Notes under the pieces: generated by a model | The model's input: only the letters and a program-made list of their open reading frames with translations | Told to the model about the DNA's origin: nothing | Database searches by the model: none | Part shown: one piece after another, positions 1 to 10,463 of the stretch | How the letters are laid out: each line of letters starts with the position of its first letter | Numbering within the stretch: position 1 is the stretch's first letter | Virus record (IMG/VR): IMGVR_UViG_2974789010_000001 | Location: 10,182-74,181 of that record | Source of the DNA: a virus | Taxonomy: Duplodnaviria; Heunggongvirae; Uroviricota; Caudoviricetes; Crassvirales | Length of the DNA: 64,000 nt | Reading direction: 5' to 3' (one strand) | Made by a program: the position numbers and the translations under genes

Positions 1-825
1 AGTAATTCTTGGTGCATTCTTACAAGGTCTTGCATTACAGGGAAACCTAAATCATCAAGTACTGGTTGACCATCCTTATATTGAGGTGTTCTTCCAATAA
101 CCTTTCTTACCTGCTTTCCAATTGAGCCAAATGATGACTCAAATTCAGCTTGTTCCATCCAACCTTCTCTCTTTGACTCTTCCATGATGAACTTCTCAGT
201 CATGTCATTATCATTGAAGTTGTTAGGATTAGCATCATCAGCAAAGCTAATGTCTTGTCCTATCTTAAGGTCTTCTGCTTCTCTAATTCTAATCTTTGCA
301 AAGGATAGTAAAGCTCCCCAGTTATCAAATATCTTTTGATACTTAGAAGCTGTTTCAGTGTCTCCCTCTTGTACAGCATCACTATATTGTGATTGGAGAG
401 TATCATATATCTCATTAAAGATGCCAGCTATACCACCAACTTGCTGACCATCAATAGTGAAACCAGCTACAATATCTCTTCTACTTACACTAGGATTCTC
501 CTCTTGAACAGCATCTACAATGTCTGAGAACATAGTAGAAATCATACTTATTCTATTGAACCTTTCTTCTGCACTAAAGTCATCCCTTAACTGTGTATAA
601 GACACAGCAGGATTATTAACAGCATCAAGGATTCTCTTAGCATCTTCTTTACTAAGACTTCTTCTGAACTCTACAAGAGTTTCAGCAGTAGGAGTCTCAG
701 CCTCAGGATTTCTTTCCTGATATAGACCTCTAAGATTAGCAACTAAGTATTTATTCCATCCTGTTACCTTACTAGCTATTACATCATCCAGTCCTTTAAC
801 TGGAGTATAACAAGTCTTACTCATA
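1..825 (-). CDS. Hypothetical protein, partial (N-terminal part; the gene continues beyond the window start)
   Basis: Open frame on the minus strand reads MSKTCYTPVKGLDD... from the ATG at 825-823 and runs off the window edge. No recognisable motif. Confidence 0.5.
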
Positions 826-1161
826 TAACATTCAATTAATTAGTTAATTACTTTGCAAAAGTAGAATATATTTTTTAAATAAACAAGAGAATAAGTCTAA
901 AAGTTCTGCACAAAAAGCAGAATCTTTACTAAAAAACAAAAGGGTAGCTAATGCTACCCTTACTATTATTGGAAATTACAATGATGGAGGCAAGTACTCC
1001 TATTACATCTATTCTTATACTCTTCAAGTGTGATAAGCTCTTCATTCCAAGAATAATCATAGTTCTTTCTATCCCAACCATCAGGGTCTAACACCTTAGG
1101 ATAAGGGTATAAAGACTGCCATTGTGCTGATGTTTTCTTTATTCCAATATCAGTTTTATCA

Positions 1162-1770
1162 TTACTCAACAACATACTTTGTACCTCCAATAATTAGCCA
1201 TTTGATAGTATTAATATTAACTGGTCTTATATTGTTATTGTCCTCTATGTCCATATCGACACAGTTATATCTGCCATCTCTACTCTCAAACTGAATCTTG
1301 AAGCCCCTCAGTACTCTATCTTCACCTTCTTCATAAGGAAGAATAGGATGTGTGATTAACTCTTCTGCAAATCTCTTTGCAGCATCAGCAACACCTTTCT
1401 TGCTCTTTTGAATAGTGTCAATTTCATTAGAGAAATCACTAATCAGTGTAGCAATCTCAGCATTCAGTTTCTTCTGAGACTTAGGGGTATCTTGCTTCTT
1501 AAAGCACACAGTAAACACTTGAGTACCATGAATACTCTCAAAGATACTTCTAATACCTAAAGTACCATCTTTCTTATCTTCTTTAGTTACCTTTACTTCA
1601 TTGATAACTTCATCAGCAGATTCAAGATACTTCTCAATGTACATCTTATTAATATGTACACTATCACCACTTTCTTGATGCTTTAGTACTGTATCATTAC
1701 CATAGATACCAGTCACTACATAGTGAGAACTCTCACTTAATACATCACCTACTTTAAAATTCTTTACCAT
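1162..1770 (-). CDS. Hypothetical protein
   Basis: 202-aa ORF with no recognisable motif. Confidence 0.5.
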   Translation of the reverse strand: MVKNFKVGDVLSESSHYVVTGIYGNDTVLKHQESGDSVHINKMYIEKYLESADEVINEVKVTKEDKKDGTLGIRSIFESIHGTQVFTVCFKKQDTPKSQKKLNAEIATLISDFSNEIDTIQKSKKGVADAAKRFAEELITHPILPYEEGEDRVLRGFKIQFESRDGRYNCVDMDIEDNNNIRPVNINTIKWLIIGGTKYVVE

Positions 1771-2033
1771 AATTAAATGAACTTTTCTAAATTGGACATA
1801 AAATCTCTTGCCTCTTTCTTAGTGGTAGCAATAGTATTAATATCTGCTTCAATAGAAGCAATCATTTCTTTCTTACTATCAATACTAGCTTGCATTTCTG
1901 TGTCTAATCTGAGGGCATCTTCATATGCTCTTTTAAACATAGATTTAACACCACCTAATCTCTCTTGGAATGTAGGTTTAGATACTTCTACACTCTTGTT
2001 TTTCTTTGTTCCAAATGTTCCTAATATAATTAA

Positions 2034-2423
2034 CTACTTTAAAAGGTTTCTATTCTTGAATTCTTCATGCAATGGATGTGCCAGTTCTCTTGCTTGAGGA
2101 TGAGCACTGCCTGCATCTCTCAACTTAAAGAAATGCTCCCAATCACTTATAAAACCAGTCATTACTAACTCTGTCTTAAGTGCATTAGGCAATACTGTTC
2201 TTGCCTGCTGGGGTGTCCAACCATGTTTAAGCAATCTAAAATATACTTCTTCTGCCTTACTTAAAGATTCATAAAAGCACCATCTATCATAAGTATCTTG
2301 ATTATCTTCTATCCAACAAGGGTGAATAAAAGTAATCTCATTACCAAATTTGTCCTTAGAATAGTTACAGTATCTTGTACTCTCTTGAGCAAAACTAAAT
2401 ACTCTATGTCTTACAAATTCCAT
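2034..2423 (-). CDS. thyX: FAD-dependent thymidylate synthase ThyX, C-terminal exon or fragment
   Basis: Contains the ThyX signature RHRvfsfaqeS (RHR-x7-S) and the downstream ARxVLPnalkTelvmTG...HFfkLR block. The ORF begins EFVRHR, directly continuing the ...DRGVSHKEFV end of ORF 3517..3981. Confidence 0.8.
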   Translation of the reverse strand: MEFVRHRVFSFAQESTRYCNYSKDKFGNEITFIHPCWIEDNQDTYDRWCFYESLSKAEEVYFRLLKHGWTPQQARTVLPNALKTELVMTGFISDWEHFFKLRDAGSAHPQARELAHPLHEEFKNRNLLK

Positions 2424-3516
2424 CTGTTATATTAAGGCTCTTTATCCTTAATTCTCCTCTTTTCAAAGGAGTATCGGACTATATCACCATCCTTTACAGG
2501 ATGCCCAGCACTCGTGTCAGTATTATATTCTATGTGTAGTATAGGAGACTCGAACTCCTGTGATAGCTAATCCTCTTCCAACATAGTAGTAGGTCTACCT
2601 ATTAATGTAGTTCGCATACAACTACCTCTTACCACATATAGTTTCAACTGTTAGTCTCTGAACCTTCCAACTTTGTTAAAGGTTGGCTCGGCTGCTGATT
2701 AGCATGATTTAGTATTTTATTACACATTTCAAATAGTTCCTCCGTTGACATATCCCCTTTCATCCAATTAACTCTCTTTGTTACCCATTGAAGATTTCCT
2801 CTAATATAACCTTTAGAAGAGTCTATTCTATCTAAAGATAAAGGTAAATCCTTCCTTACATGGTCTAAAGAACCATCTTCAGGAAGAAGATTATCTCCAG
2901 TTAAGGCACATTTGAAATCCTGTAATTCAAGTAAGTCATATAGATATTCAGGGGTTACATCTTCTGCAAATTCCTTATTTCTCAGAATTGCATTTCCTCT
3001 TAACCTATTTATAAAACTTTCTCTAAAGTTAGATACTATTTTTCCATTGGCGCATCTTCTACAACTTTGATATTTAGTTGAATCCATAATTTGTGATGCA
3101 GGCATCCATCTTTCATTCCCACATTGACATCTAACTCTATATCTAAGTTGATTATTTATGTACTCAGGTCCAGATATAACTTCCCATGTGCCAAATCTAT
3201 ATCCTAATGGGATATTTAACCTCCTATTTTTATTAGAGCATTCTTTACACATAGTAGTTCTGCCATTCTTAAGGGATGAGCATTGAACATAATACTCTTT
3301 CCCACACTCACATCTAACTTTATAGTAATAACTATTCTTAATTCTTGTCCTAGAATTTTCTATGACTGTTAATTTTCCAAATTTGTCTCCTATATTTACC
3401 ATATTCATTAAATTTTCATATGCAAATATACAACAAATTTTTCAATTACCCAAATAATAAAATACTAAATTTTAGCTTTCCAGCAATTCACTGGGTTTTC
3501 TTAACACATTACTGTA
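2424..3516 (-). mobile_element. Intron-like insertion (probably group I) interrupting thyX, carrying an HNH homing endonuclease ORF
   Basis: thyX is split after ...DRGVSHKEF-V and resumes at EFVRHR. Both junctions share GAATTTGT. About 108 nt of non-coding sequence lie 5' of the endonuclease ORF and about 220 nt lie 3'. The 3' part contains a structured tRNA-like T-loop element (GGAGTTCGAGTCTCC). Confidence 0.6.
2644..3408 (-). CDS. HNH homing endonuclease with an N-terminal Cys-rich DNA-binding region, encoded inside the thyX intron
   Basis: C-terminal block SLDRIDSSKGYIRGNLQWVTKRVNWMKG plus several CxxC pairs. Paralog of ORF 10464..11231. Confidence 0.75.
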   Translation of the reverse strand: MNMVNIGDKFGKLTVIENSRTRIKNSYYYKVRCECGKEYYVQCSSLKNGRTTMCKECSNKNRRLNIPLGYRFGTWEVISGPEYINNQLRYRVRCQCGNERWMPASQIMDSTKYQSCRRCANGKIVSNFRESFINRLRGNAILRNKEFAEDVTPEYLYDLLELQDFKCALTGDNLLPEDGSLDHVRKDLPLSLDRIDSSKGYIRGNLQWVTKRVNWMKGDMSTEELFEMCNKILNHANQQPSQPLTKLEGSETNS

Positions 3517-3981
3517 TTAAGCCACAAATTCTTTATGGGATACTCCTCTATCACATACAAAGTGAACAGTAATTCTCTTTGCATGGAACTCTGTAGGTTC
3601 ACACAGGTATTGTAGGTCATCAATCCACTCATTTTCTATAATAACTCTATAATTACTGGTTATATACCAATAGTCATTCTCACTATTATTCATTACTACA
3701 GAGTAAGGATTGTCTATATACTTTATAACTATAGGTTCATTAGAGAACTCTCCTCTATCATCCATAGTTCCATAAGGAATTTTAAGATATACAGTACCAT
3801 GCTCTAACATAGCTCCATGACCAGACTTAATCATTCTATCTACAAATCCTTTAGCAGAATCTTCTGTTATCTTGTCCTCAGACTTATAACATACTCTTCC
3901 TGCCCTTTCAATTTGTTTATAAACTCCTTCAAGACCTTCCTCTTGATTCCATATCTCAAAATCTGGTTTAATTATTTTCAT
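3517..3981 (-). CDS. thyX: ThyX N-terminal exon or fragment
   Basis: ThyX N-terminal motifs: IERAGRVCYKS, GHGAMLEHGTVY (matching GHxSvLEH), and ...CDRGVSHKEF immediately before the RHR motif that lies in the downstream exon. Confidence 0.8.
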   Translation of the reverse strand: MKIIKPDFEIWNQEEGLEGVYKQIERAGRVCYKSEDKITEDSAKGFVDRMIKSGHGAMLEHGTVYLKIPYGTMDDRGEFSNEPIVIKYIDNPYSVVMNNSENDYWYITSNYRVIIENEWIDDLQYLCEPTEFHAKRITVHFVCDRGVSHKEFVA

Positions 3982-4139
3982 ATTTTCAAATGTTATGATT
4001 TACATAGTCAGCAGTCATATTATGCTCAAATCCAAGTACTTGAATAGGGGTAAGATTAGCTACCCACTCCTCAAAGTACTTATGATATTTCTTTATGTTA
4101 GACTTGAGCTATTGGTCCTTAAGCCATAAATATAACTCA

Positions 4140-4376
4140 CTACTCATACTTCATGCACTGTTTAGCATCCATGAACCTCTCTTTAAGGTACTCTTGACCT
4201 CCCCAAGTAGTCCATTTATACCTAGCCTTAACTCTTACTCTGCCTAAGCTAACTATAACACCAAGGTTCATTGTTGTTGAACTAGTAGGTATGGCTACCT
4301 TATCTTCTAAGTGAAGCCTATTACCTCTGATGTCATACAACTCAGGCTCTCCTACTATTTTAACTTTATCTTCCAT
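4140..4376 (-). CDS. Hypothetical small protein
   Basis: 78-aa ORF. Confidence 0.4.
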   Translation of the reverse strand: MEDKVKIVGEPELYDIRGNRLHLEDKVAIPTSSTTMNLGVIVSLGRVRVKARYKWTTWGGQEYLKERFMDAKQCMKYE

Positions 4377-4533
4377 GTTTTTTTACAATTTTACAACAAT
4401 ACCACTTTGGTAGTCTTTGGACTCACTAAGGGCTTCTTCATAGGTATCAAATACCTTAGTTAAGCCAGTGTCTTCATCTACTACCAAGTTGATATTGCCA
4501 TTAAAATCTTCAATTACAACATACCTTTCCATA

Positions 4534-4782
4534 TCAGTCATCTAATACTACAACTTCATCAATATCAAACTCTTTAGGAAACTTGCCATCACTTACCTTC
4601 TGCCTAAAAGCATCTCTAATCTGCTCCTCAGTAGCATCTGGAGGCAACTCTACTTCATCATAGTAAGATATACTTGCACTAACAAACCTTTTATGTTTAA
4701 CATCTAAAGGTTCATTATATGGTGCTTTTTCATCATGAGTAGCACCAGCAGGCAAGTAACAGCTTTCAAATAAACATCCCAT
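4534..4782 (-). CDS. Hypothetical small acidic protein
   Basis: 82-aa ORF. Confidence 0.4.
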   Translation of the reverse strand: MGCLFESCYLPAGATHDEKAPYNEPLDVKHKRFVSASISYYDEVELPPDATEEQIRDAFRQKVSDGKFPKEFDIDEVVVLDD

Positions 4783-4784
4783 AG

Positions 4785-5066
4785 TTAGTTGTTATTAAAG
4801 AATTCTACATTCTGTTCTGCCATTAAACCACAACAAGGTGGAATGACAATCTCTTCTGTCTTAGTTACAAGATACTCTGATTGAGTACCATTGTACATAC
4901 CACTAGTCTTTAATATCTGCTCAGCATCATTTGCATTAGATGCCTTTACCATTGCAATACCTTTACCTACACCTCTCAAGTCATAGGTAATTACCCATAA
5001 TCTTGGTGGAAAGAATGAATCTTTCTCAGCTTCCACCATTACATTTTCAACTGATACTTCTGCCAT
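4785..5066 (-). CDS. Hypothetical protein
   Basis: 93-aa ORF tightly packed with its neighbours. Confidence 0.4.
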   Translation of the reverse strand: MAEVSVENVMVEAEKDSFFPPRLWVITYDLRGVGKGIAMVKASNANDAEQILKTSGMYNGTQSEYLVTKTEEIVIPPCCGLMAEQNVEFFNNN

Positions 5067-5067
5067 A

Positions 5068-5406
5068 TTAATATTGTCTTACATTATAACAATTATCACA
5101 TAAACCACCTTCATGTGTTGAAGGTTTACCACAATACCTACATCTTTCAACTGCATTGAACCCAAGTTCTCTACTTGATTGAGTAGAATTACTCACTACT
5201 TCTCTTATTAGTGAGAAAGCTTGTGTTAGCTTTTCCACTTCTACTGATGTTAGTATTCCAGTTCCAGAGTAATAGGGAATAGACATACCTTTCAACCTCC
5301 AAAGTATGTTATTTCTAGCTCTCCACTTCCTCTGTTTCTCAGTAGGTTGCCTATCTCTATTAGGACTAGCATTAACTGGTCCTGCATAAATCCCCTGTTG
5401 ACTCAT
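5068..5406 (-). CDS. Hypothetical protein with a C-terminal zinc ribbon
   Basis: C-terminal CRYCGKPSTHEGGLCDNCY (CxxC...CxxC). Confidence 0.45.
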   Translation of the reverse strand: MSQQGIYAGPVNASPNRDRQPTEKQRKWRARNNILWRLKGMSIPYYSGTGILTSVEVEKLTQAFSLIREVVSNSTQSSRELGFNAVERCRYCGKPSTHEGGLCDNCYNVRQY

Positions 5407-5849
5407 ACATTTTCAATTATTGATTTATACCTTTCATAAGTCTTCCTTATTACTTCTTCACCAATAGGATTCTCTCTCTTAGAGTCCCTCTCAATACACA
5501 CCTCAAGAGGTATAAAGAAATCTTTATACTCTAGTGAGTAACAATTCATATAACCAAGGGTACTATCAACTAAGTTTTCATAGTATTCTATCTCTTTTGG
5601 ATTGAAATTCATGTTATCAACAACAATATCATATCCAAATTCCATAGCACTTACTATGAAGTCTTTCTTTATATCAGATACAAGATGTTCTCTACTTGGA
5701 ACCCAGTATTTACCAAGCATGTTTCTGATGTCATCATTATTGAACCTTACTCTATGCTCTGGGTCTTCAAGTACCCATTGTTTAGCCCAAGTAGTTTTAC
5801 CTGAGCCTTGTATTCCTCTACATAAGATTATCTTACTCATAGCCTGCAT
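5403..5849 (-). CDS. P-loop NTPase or kinase (polynucleotide or nucleotide kinase-like)
   Basis: Walker A ILCRGIQGSGKTTWAKQW at the N-terminus. 148 aa. Confidence 0.55.
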   Translation of the reverse strand: MQAMSKIILCRGIQGSGKTTWAKQWVLEDPEHRVRFNNDDIRNMLGKYWVPSREHLVSDIKKDFIVSAMEFGYDIVVDNMNFNPKEIEYYENLVDSTLGYMNCYSLEYKDFFIPLEVCIERDSKRENPIGEEVIRKTYERYKSIIENV

Positions 5850-6258
5850 CTAATTGTCTGATTCTCTCTTTAGCTATATGAATTATCTTCTCATAGTCAA
5901 GTTTTCTACTATCAGTTTCCTTAGTTCTAAGTATCCTTTTAACAATATCTGCATCCCAAGGATTTAGATTATATTCTAACCATATATCCCAAGGTTGAAT
6001 TTTATGTTTAGCATAATCAGATTGTCCTACATTATAGCTTCTAACATCTTCTTGAGTCTGAGACACTTGAAGAGTATTGGGTAATGAGAAGCTTTTGAAG
6101 AAATAATTATACTCCCATTCATGCTCTTCTTTAGTATCATCTACTAAATAAATACTGGTATTTTTTATTTTAGTTACAGTATAACACTTGCCTACATCAA
6201 AGTATAAACTCTTTTTTCCTTCATATATGACCTTATCACCTACTTTTAACATTCCCAT
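5833..6258 (-). CDS. DUF3310-like phage protein
   Basis: The pattern YAKHKIQPWDIW...NPWDADIVKRILR resembles the DUF3310 family. From memory, not verified. Confidence 0.4.
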   Translation of the reverse strand: MGMLKVGDKVIYEGKKSLYFDVGKCYTVTKIKNTSIYLVDDTKEEHEWEYNYFFKSFSLPNTLQVSQTQEDVRSYNVGQSDYAKHKIQPWDIWLEYNLNPWDADIVKRILRTKETDSRKLDYEKIIHIAKERIRQLDAGYE

Positions 6259-6555
6259 TATTACTTTCCTCCCAATCTTCTAATGTTACAAACTTGTCAA
6301 GGAATTGCCTTTTATCCCTAACATAATACTGTTCATTCTTAAGACTAATATAAAGGACTGCATCTATCCATTCATTAGATAAGGTGTCCTTCATTTTAAC
6401 TATACCTTTAACAAGATATTTGTTCTTAGTCTTAGGATAAACATAAATGTTCTTCTTTTAAAGCTCATTAGCCTTGTATAGTAGCCATACTAAACCAATA
6501 GAGGCTACTACTAAGACTAATATTATTATAAATTCACTCATAACTTTTAATATGT

Positions 6556-8934
6556 TTAATGTATCCAACAGGAACCTATTTCAGGAACTGCCTTAATAGT
6601 TACACTCTTACAAAATAGTGATGCAGCATACTCCATACATTCACTTAACTTAGCTGCTTCCTCCTCAGCTATTTCAGCAGGAGGTTCAATCAAATACTCA
6701 TCATGTACATCATTTGGTATAAGAACTTTGAATATTCTCCCACTCTCTATCAGATGGTCAAAATACACACTACCAGCTATTTTAGTCATAGCTGCTGCTG
6801 TTCCTTGACTAGTATAATTACATGATTGATTCTCTGATGCACTCCTTCTTTTACTAAGGTGCTTGAAGACTTTGACTATTACAGTCTGCCAGTTAATATC
6901 AATGTATTTTGTTTCTACTTTACCAGCTACTTTAACCTTATATTCATACCTTATAGCTATAGCTTGAAGAGGTTCACCTTTAGCAAACTTTCTTGCAATC
7001 TCTTGCAGAACTGAGTTAGGAACATCCTCTATAACTAAGCCAGATTCCTTAGCACTTCTATATAAGTCCCAGAACTCTTGACCCATGCCATTCTTCCTTC
7101 TCTCAATACCTTTGAGGATAGGCCAGTCATAGATATATGCCCTCAATCCAGTTAATTCTGAGATTAAGATATATCCTCTTTCCCACATCTTTCTCTTAGA
7201 TACTTTAAAGAACCTGTCAATACCTTTAAAAGCATTAAAGTAAGTAACAAAGCACTTCTCACAGAAGTCAAGTGGCTTACCAGTATTAGCTGCTAATGCA
7301 CTAGCTGTACCATTATAATTAAAGGTAAATCTAGCAGGTTTAGCTGCATCTCTTAAGTCCTTTCTCTTCTTTTTTACTTCCTTTTCAGGTATATCTTTAA
7401 GCTCATCAGGGAATATCATTTTAGCTACAAAGGCATGACCATCTCTCTCAGCAGGGTCATTATAGAATTCAATCCATGCCTTATCTTGAGTTAATTCAGT
7501 AAACACATGACCTTCTTGGTCTCCATAATCACAGTCAACAAGCAGATTCCCTGTATTAGGTATAAAACATGCTCTAGTCTCCTCATCACTAGGTAACTGT
7601 TGCACATTTACACTCTTATCAACTGCAATAATTTCATCCGCACTTACATCAGTTTCATCCTCAGCTATATCATCATCTTTAGTCTTTCCTCCACCTTTCT
7701 TACCTCCTTTACCACAGCTCAATCTACCTGTATCCATCATTTGATTGAAGGTAGGATGTATTCTTCCAGTAACAGGATTAATAGCATCAAGGAAGTTTTG
7801 ACCAAAGGAAGTTACTACTTTAAATGCTGCTGAATACTCAAGATACAAGGGAAGAATATCACTCTTACCCTTCTGCTTTCCTAGCACCTTTGAATCTACA
7901 GACTTCTTTAACTTGCCTGTCTTTTTGTCCTTAGTCCACAACTCAAAGCCTAATTCTTCAAATAATGGAATAACCTGCTTGTTACTATTCCAGTTAATTA
8001 TACATCTAGGTTTAGACTCTTCAAACAAGTTTCTCTGTGGGTCTATAGCTACATATTTACCAGCACTAGCCTTAGCCCTCTTCTTCTTACCTCTTCTAGT
8101 GGTAGAATCATAAGCTATCTCAGCATTTTCACCTTTAGATAACACATAGTTAATCACCCATTCATTTAACTTGGTTTCAGCTTCTCTCAATCTAGCTTCA
8201 TCCTTAACCATCTTAGCCTTCCACTTAACAGCATCAAGTCTAATACCACAGAATTCAATATATGCAAGTACTCTAACAAATCTATTCTCAACCTCTAAAG
8301 CATTGAGTTGACCTCTAGCTTTAATCTGTTCTAATTGAGCATTCATTACATCCTCAAGCCAAACAACATCATTGGCTGAATATATAATTACCTCATCTGT
8401 TAAACCTGCATGTATCTTACCTCTAACAGTCTTGTCAAGATGTATATTCAAGTATCTATCACAACAAGCTTGTAAAGATAAAGAGACTGTGCCTGGAGGG
8501 AAACCTAAGAATAGTATCTTTTCACCTAAGAAAGTATCATAGACATTTCTTACTACAATTCCTTCTTTATATAGCCATCTTAAATCAAATTTGGCATTGT
8601 GAATGATAAAGAGTCTGTCACTTTCAAGGAACTCTTTGTACCTTCTTACATCTATAGTCAAGCAATCAATCACTATTTGAAAGTGTTTATTACCTAATTG
8701 AAGAAGTAACAACTGTCCTTGCCAGATTTCAGTACCTTTAGTTTCACTATCCAAGCCTACTATTCTCAGGGTTTCCAGTAGCTCCAAAGACTGCTCAACT
8801 GAGATACATTTGAAAGGTCTATCCTCATCTTCAAACAAATAAGATTGCCCTGTGACAAAGTATATTTGCTCACCATAGTAGATGGTTTCCTGCTGTTCCT
8901 CTCTAAATTCCCAGTCTTCTGTCATATTATTCAA
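6556..8934 (-). CDS. Family A DNA polymerase with an N-terminal 3'-5' exonuclease domain
   Basis: Exo motifs VGLDSETKG and KFDLRWL. Polymerase motif B-like RDAAKPARFTFNYNGTA and motif C LIPNDVHDEYLIE (HDE). 792 aa. Confidence 0.85.
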   Translation of the reverse strand: MNNMTEDWEFREEQQETIYYGEQIYFVTGQSYLFEDEDRPFKCISVEQSLELLETLRIVGLDSETKGTEIWQGQLLLLQLGNKHFQIVIDCLTIDVRRYKEFLESDRLFIIHNAKFDLRWLYKEGIVVRNVYDTFLGEKILFLGFPPGTVSLSLQACCDRYLNIHLDKTVRGKIHAGLTDEVIIYSANDVVWLEDVMNAQLEQIKARGQLNALEVENRFVRVLAYIEFCGIRLDAVKWKAKMVKDEARLREAETKLNEWVINYVLSKGENAEIAYDSTTRRGKKKRAKASAGKYVAIDPQRNLFEESKPRCIINWNSNKQVIPLFEELGFELWTKDKKTGKLKKSVDSKVLGKQKGKSDILPLYLEYSAAFKVVTSFGQNFLDAINPVTGRIHPTFNQMMDTGRLSCGKGGKKGGGKTKDDDIAEDETDVSADEIIAVDKSVNVQQLPSDEETRACFIPNTGNLLVDCDYGDQEGHVFTELTQDKAWIEFYNDPAERDGHAFVAKMIFPDELKDIPEKEVKKKRKDLRDAAKPARFTFNYNGTASALAANTGKPLDFCEKCFVTYFNAFKGIDRFFKVSKRKMWERGYILISELTGLRAYIYDWPILKGIERRKNGMGQEFWDLYRSAKESGLVIEDVPNSVLQEIARKFAKGEPLQAIAIRYEYKVKVAGKVETKYIDINWQTVIVKVFKHLSKRRSASENQSCNYTSQGTAAAMTKIAGSVYFDHLIESGRIFKVLIPNDVHDEYLIEPPAEIAEEEAAKLSECMEYAASLFCKSVTIKAVPEIGSCWIH

Positions 8935-9196
8935 ATGTTATTGTATATCCATAACCCATAGTATAGTCAATTGATTTGACTACTGCTTGAGCTTCTTCAA
9001 GAAGAGAACCAACCTTAATCATTGGACCACCAGAAGGGTCAATAAACTCGTATCCTGTAGCTAGCTTACTAACTCTTACAGTTGGTGTGCTAACTTTAAG
9101 TACATAAGTCTTTGACTCTTTGCCATCTGGTTTACTAAGTCTCTTGAGGTAATTGTTCTCCTCACCTCTTGAATTAAGTTTGATTATATTCTCCAT
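8927..9196 (-). CDS. Hypothetical protein
   Basis: 89-aa ORF overlapping its neighbours by a few nt (operon packing). Confidence 0.4.
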   Translation of the reverse strand: MENIIKLNSRGEENNYLKRLSKPDGKESKTYVLKVSTPTVRVSKLATGYEFIDPSGGPMIKVGSLLEEAQAVVKSIDYTMGYGYTITFE

Positions 9197-9699
9197 TACA
9201 TTGCTGAATATGCTACAAGTTTATCAAAGTCTATGACATATCTATATCTTTGGAAGAAAGAATTACCAAGAATTCCATGCAGGTTTACACCATGACTAAC
9301 CTTTAGATTACCAAAGGCAGCATCTAAATCTTTAGCATAGAACTCCTCATCAAAGGTATTATCTTTATAACTAATACCTATAGAAACTATATCAACTTCC
9401 TCTCTATTACCATCAGACCCATATATAGTATCTTTCTTCCCAGTAGGATTAGAGACCATATCTGCAAGTGCAGACTTATTAATTACTGAATTAGTGGCAC
9501 CAGTATCAAGCAGAAAGTTAAACTTCTTATCATTGTTCCTAAAGGTAACAATAGGAAGTTCAGTTAAATCCAATGTTTCTCTGAATGACATCTTATCTGC
9601 CAACATTCTTATATCTCCCTTTCTAGCCATATCAATCACCTTGGCAAAGAGAGCAGCCAGAAGTGCTAATCCTACCACAAATAATATATTTGTTATCAT
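9196..9699 (-). CDS. Membrane-anchored retropepsin-like aspartic protease
   Basis: N-terminal hydrophobic helix, then FLLDTGATNSVIN (the DTGA active-site motif) and ILGNSFFQRY. Confidence 0.6.
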   Translation of the reverse strand: MITNILFVVGLALLAALFAKVIDMARKGDIRMLADKMSFRETLDLTELPIVTFRNNDKKFNFLLDTGATNSVINKSALADMVSNPTGKKDTIYGSDGNREEVDIVSIGISYKDNTFDEEFYAKDLDAAFGNLKVSHGVNLHGILGNSFFQRYRYVIDFDKLVAYSAM

Positions 9700-9722
9700 G
9701 TTCTCATTTTTTTTTAGAGTTA

Positions 9723-10259
9723 TTACTTAACACCAGTACTACCTATTCCAGTTCTGTTGTTACCATTCAATTTCTGAACCTTTACAAGTTCAATGCCTGA
9801 GCTAAAGAGCCATTTAAGCTTCTGCCACATAGTAGCTTTCTGACTTAACTGAATTCTGAATTGGCAGATTCTATCACCTTTATGAATAGTAGTATCTCTG
9901 ATAGCAATAGCAGGGAACTTCCATTCATCATCATTTCCTTGATATGAATTATCAATTACACCTTGGCTATTAGCACAGATTATACCTAGCTTACTAGGAG
10001 TGCTACTTCTTGCATCTACAATTGCTTCAAAGCCAGCAGGGAGTTGCATTGCCACTCCTAAGTTAAGTAAGTGACAATTAAAAGATACATCTCTATGACT
10101 TATCACTTCACCATCAATAGTTTCTCTCTTCCTTACACCAGCTTGAGGTGCTTTTAACACTACATCCTCTGCTGCCCTAAGGTCAATCCAGTCACCTTTC
10201 TCTATTATTTCAGGCATACAGCCTTCTGTTATTTCTCTTATCTTTATCTTCAATTTCAT
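9723..10259 (-). CDS. dut: dUTPase
   Basis: All five dUTPase motifs are present: IDARSS, GVIDNSYQG, GDRICQF, RTGIGSTG. Confidence 0.85.
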   Translation of the reverse strand: MKLKIKIREITEGCMPEIIEKGDWIDLRAAEDVVLKAPQAGVRKRETIDGEVISHRDVSFNCHLLNLGVAMQLPAGFEAIVDARSSTPSKLGIICANSQGVIDNSYQGNDDEWKFPAIAIRDTTIHKGDRICQFRIQLSQKATMWQKLKWLFSSGIELVKVQKLNGNNRTGIGSTGVK

Positions 10260-10463
10260 AATGATTCTAATAATTCCTTTTTAGTTTTGAATACCTCTTT
10301 TTCTTTAAACCTCTCCAGACCATTACCAGTTGATATGTTTGCAGAGTAATAGGTTATTTCACCTGCATATCTATCTAAAGAGTAATGTACTCCCATAATA
10401 AGTATGGGAACTGCCTTGTTATTGTGCATAACAAAGGCAGCATCTCTTATACTATATTTAGTT

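Noticed and set aside
2540-2640. tRNA-like T-loop (GGAGTTCGAGTCTCC) inside the thyX intervening sequence
   Set aside because: No acceptor, D or anticodon arms could be paired. More likely a structural element of the intron RNA than a tRNA.
3817-9730. Antisense ORFs from the six-frame track (3817..4047, 5602..5853, 7600..7833, 7913..8113, 9494..9730 and similar ones elsewhere such as 11611..11856, 16089..16292, 23179..23448, 25384..26013)
   Set aside because: They lie wholly inside longer, motif-supported genes on the opposite strand, with low-complexity translations. Treated as spurious.
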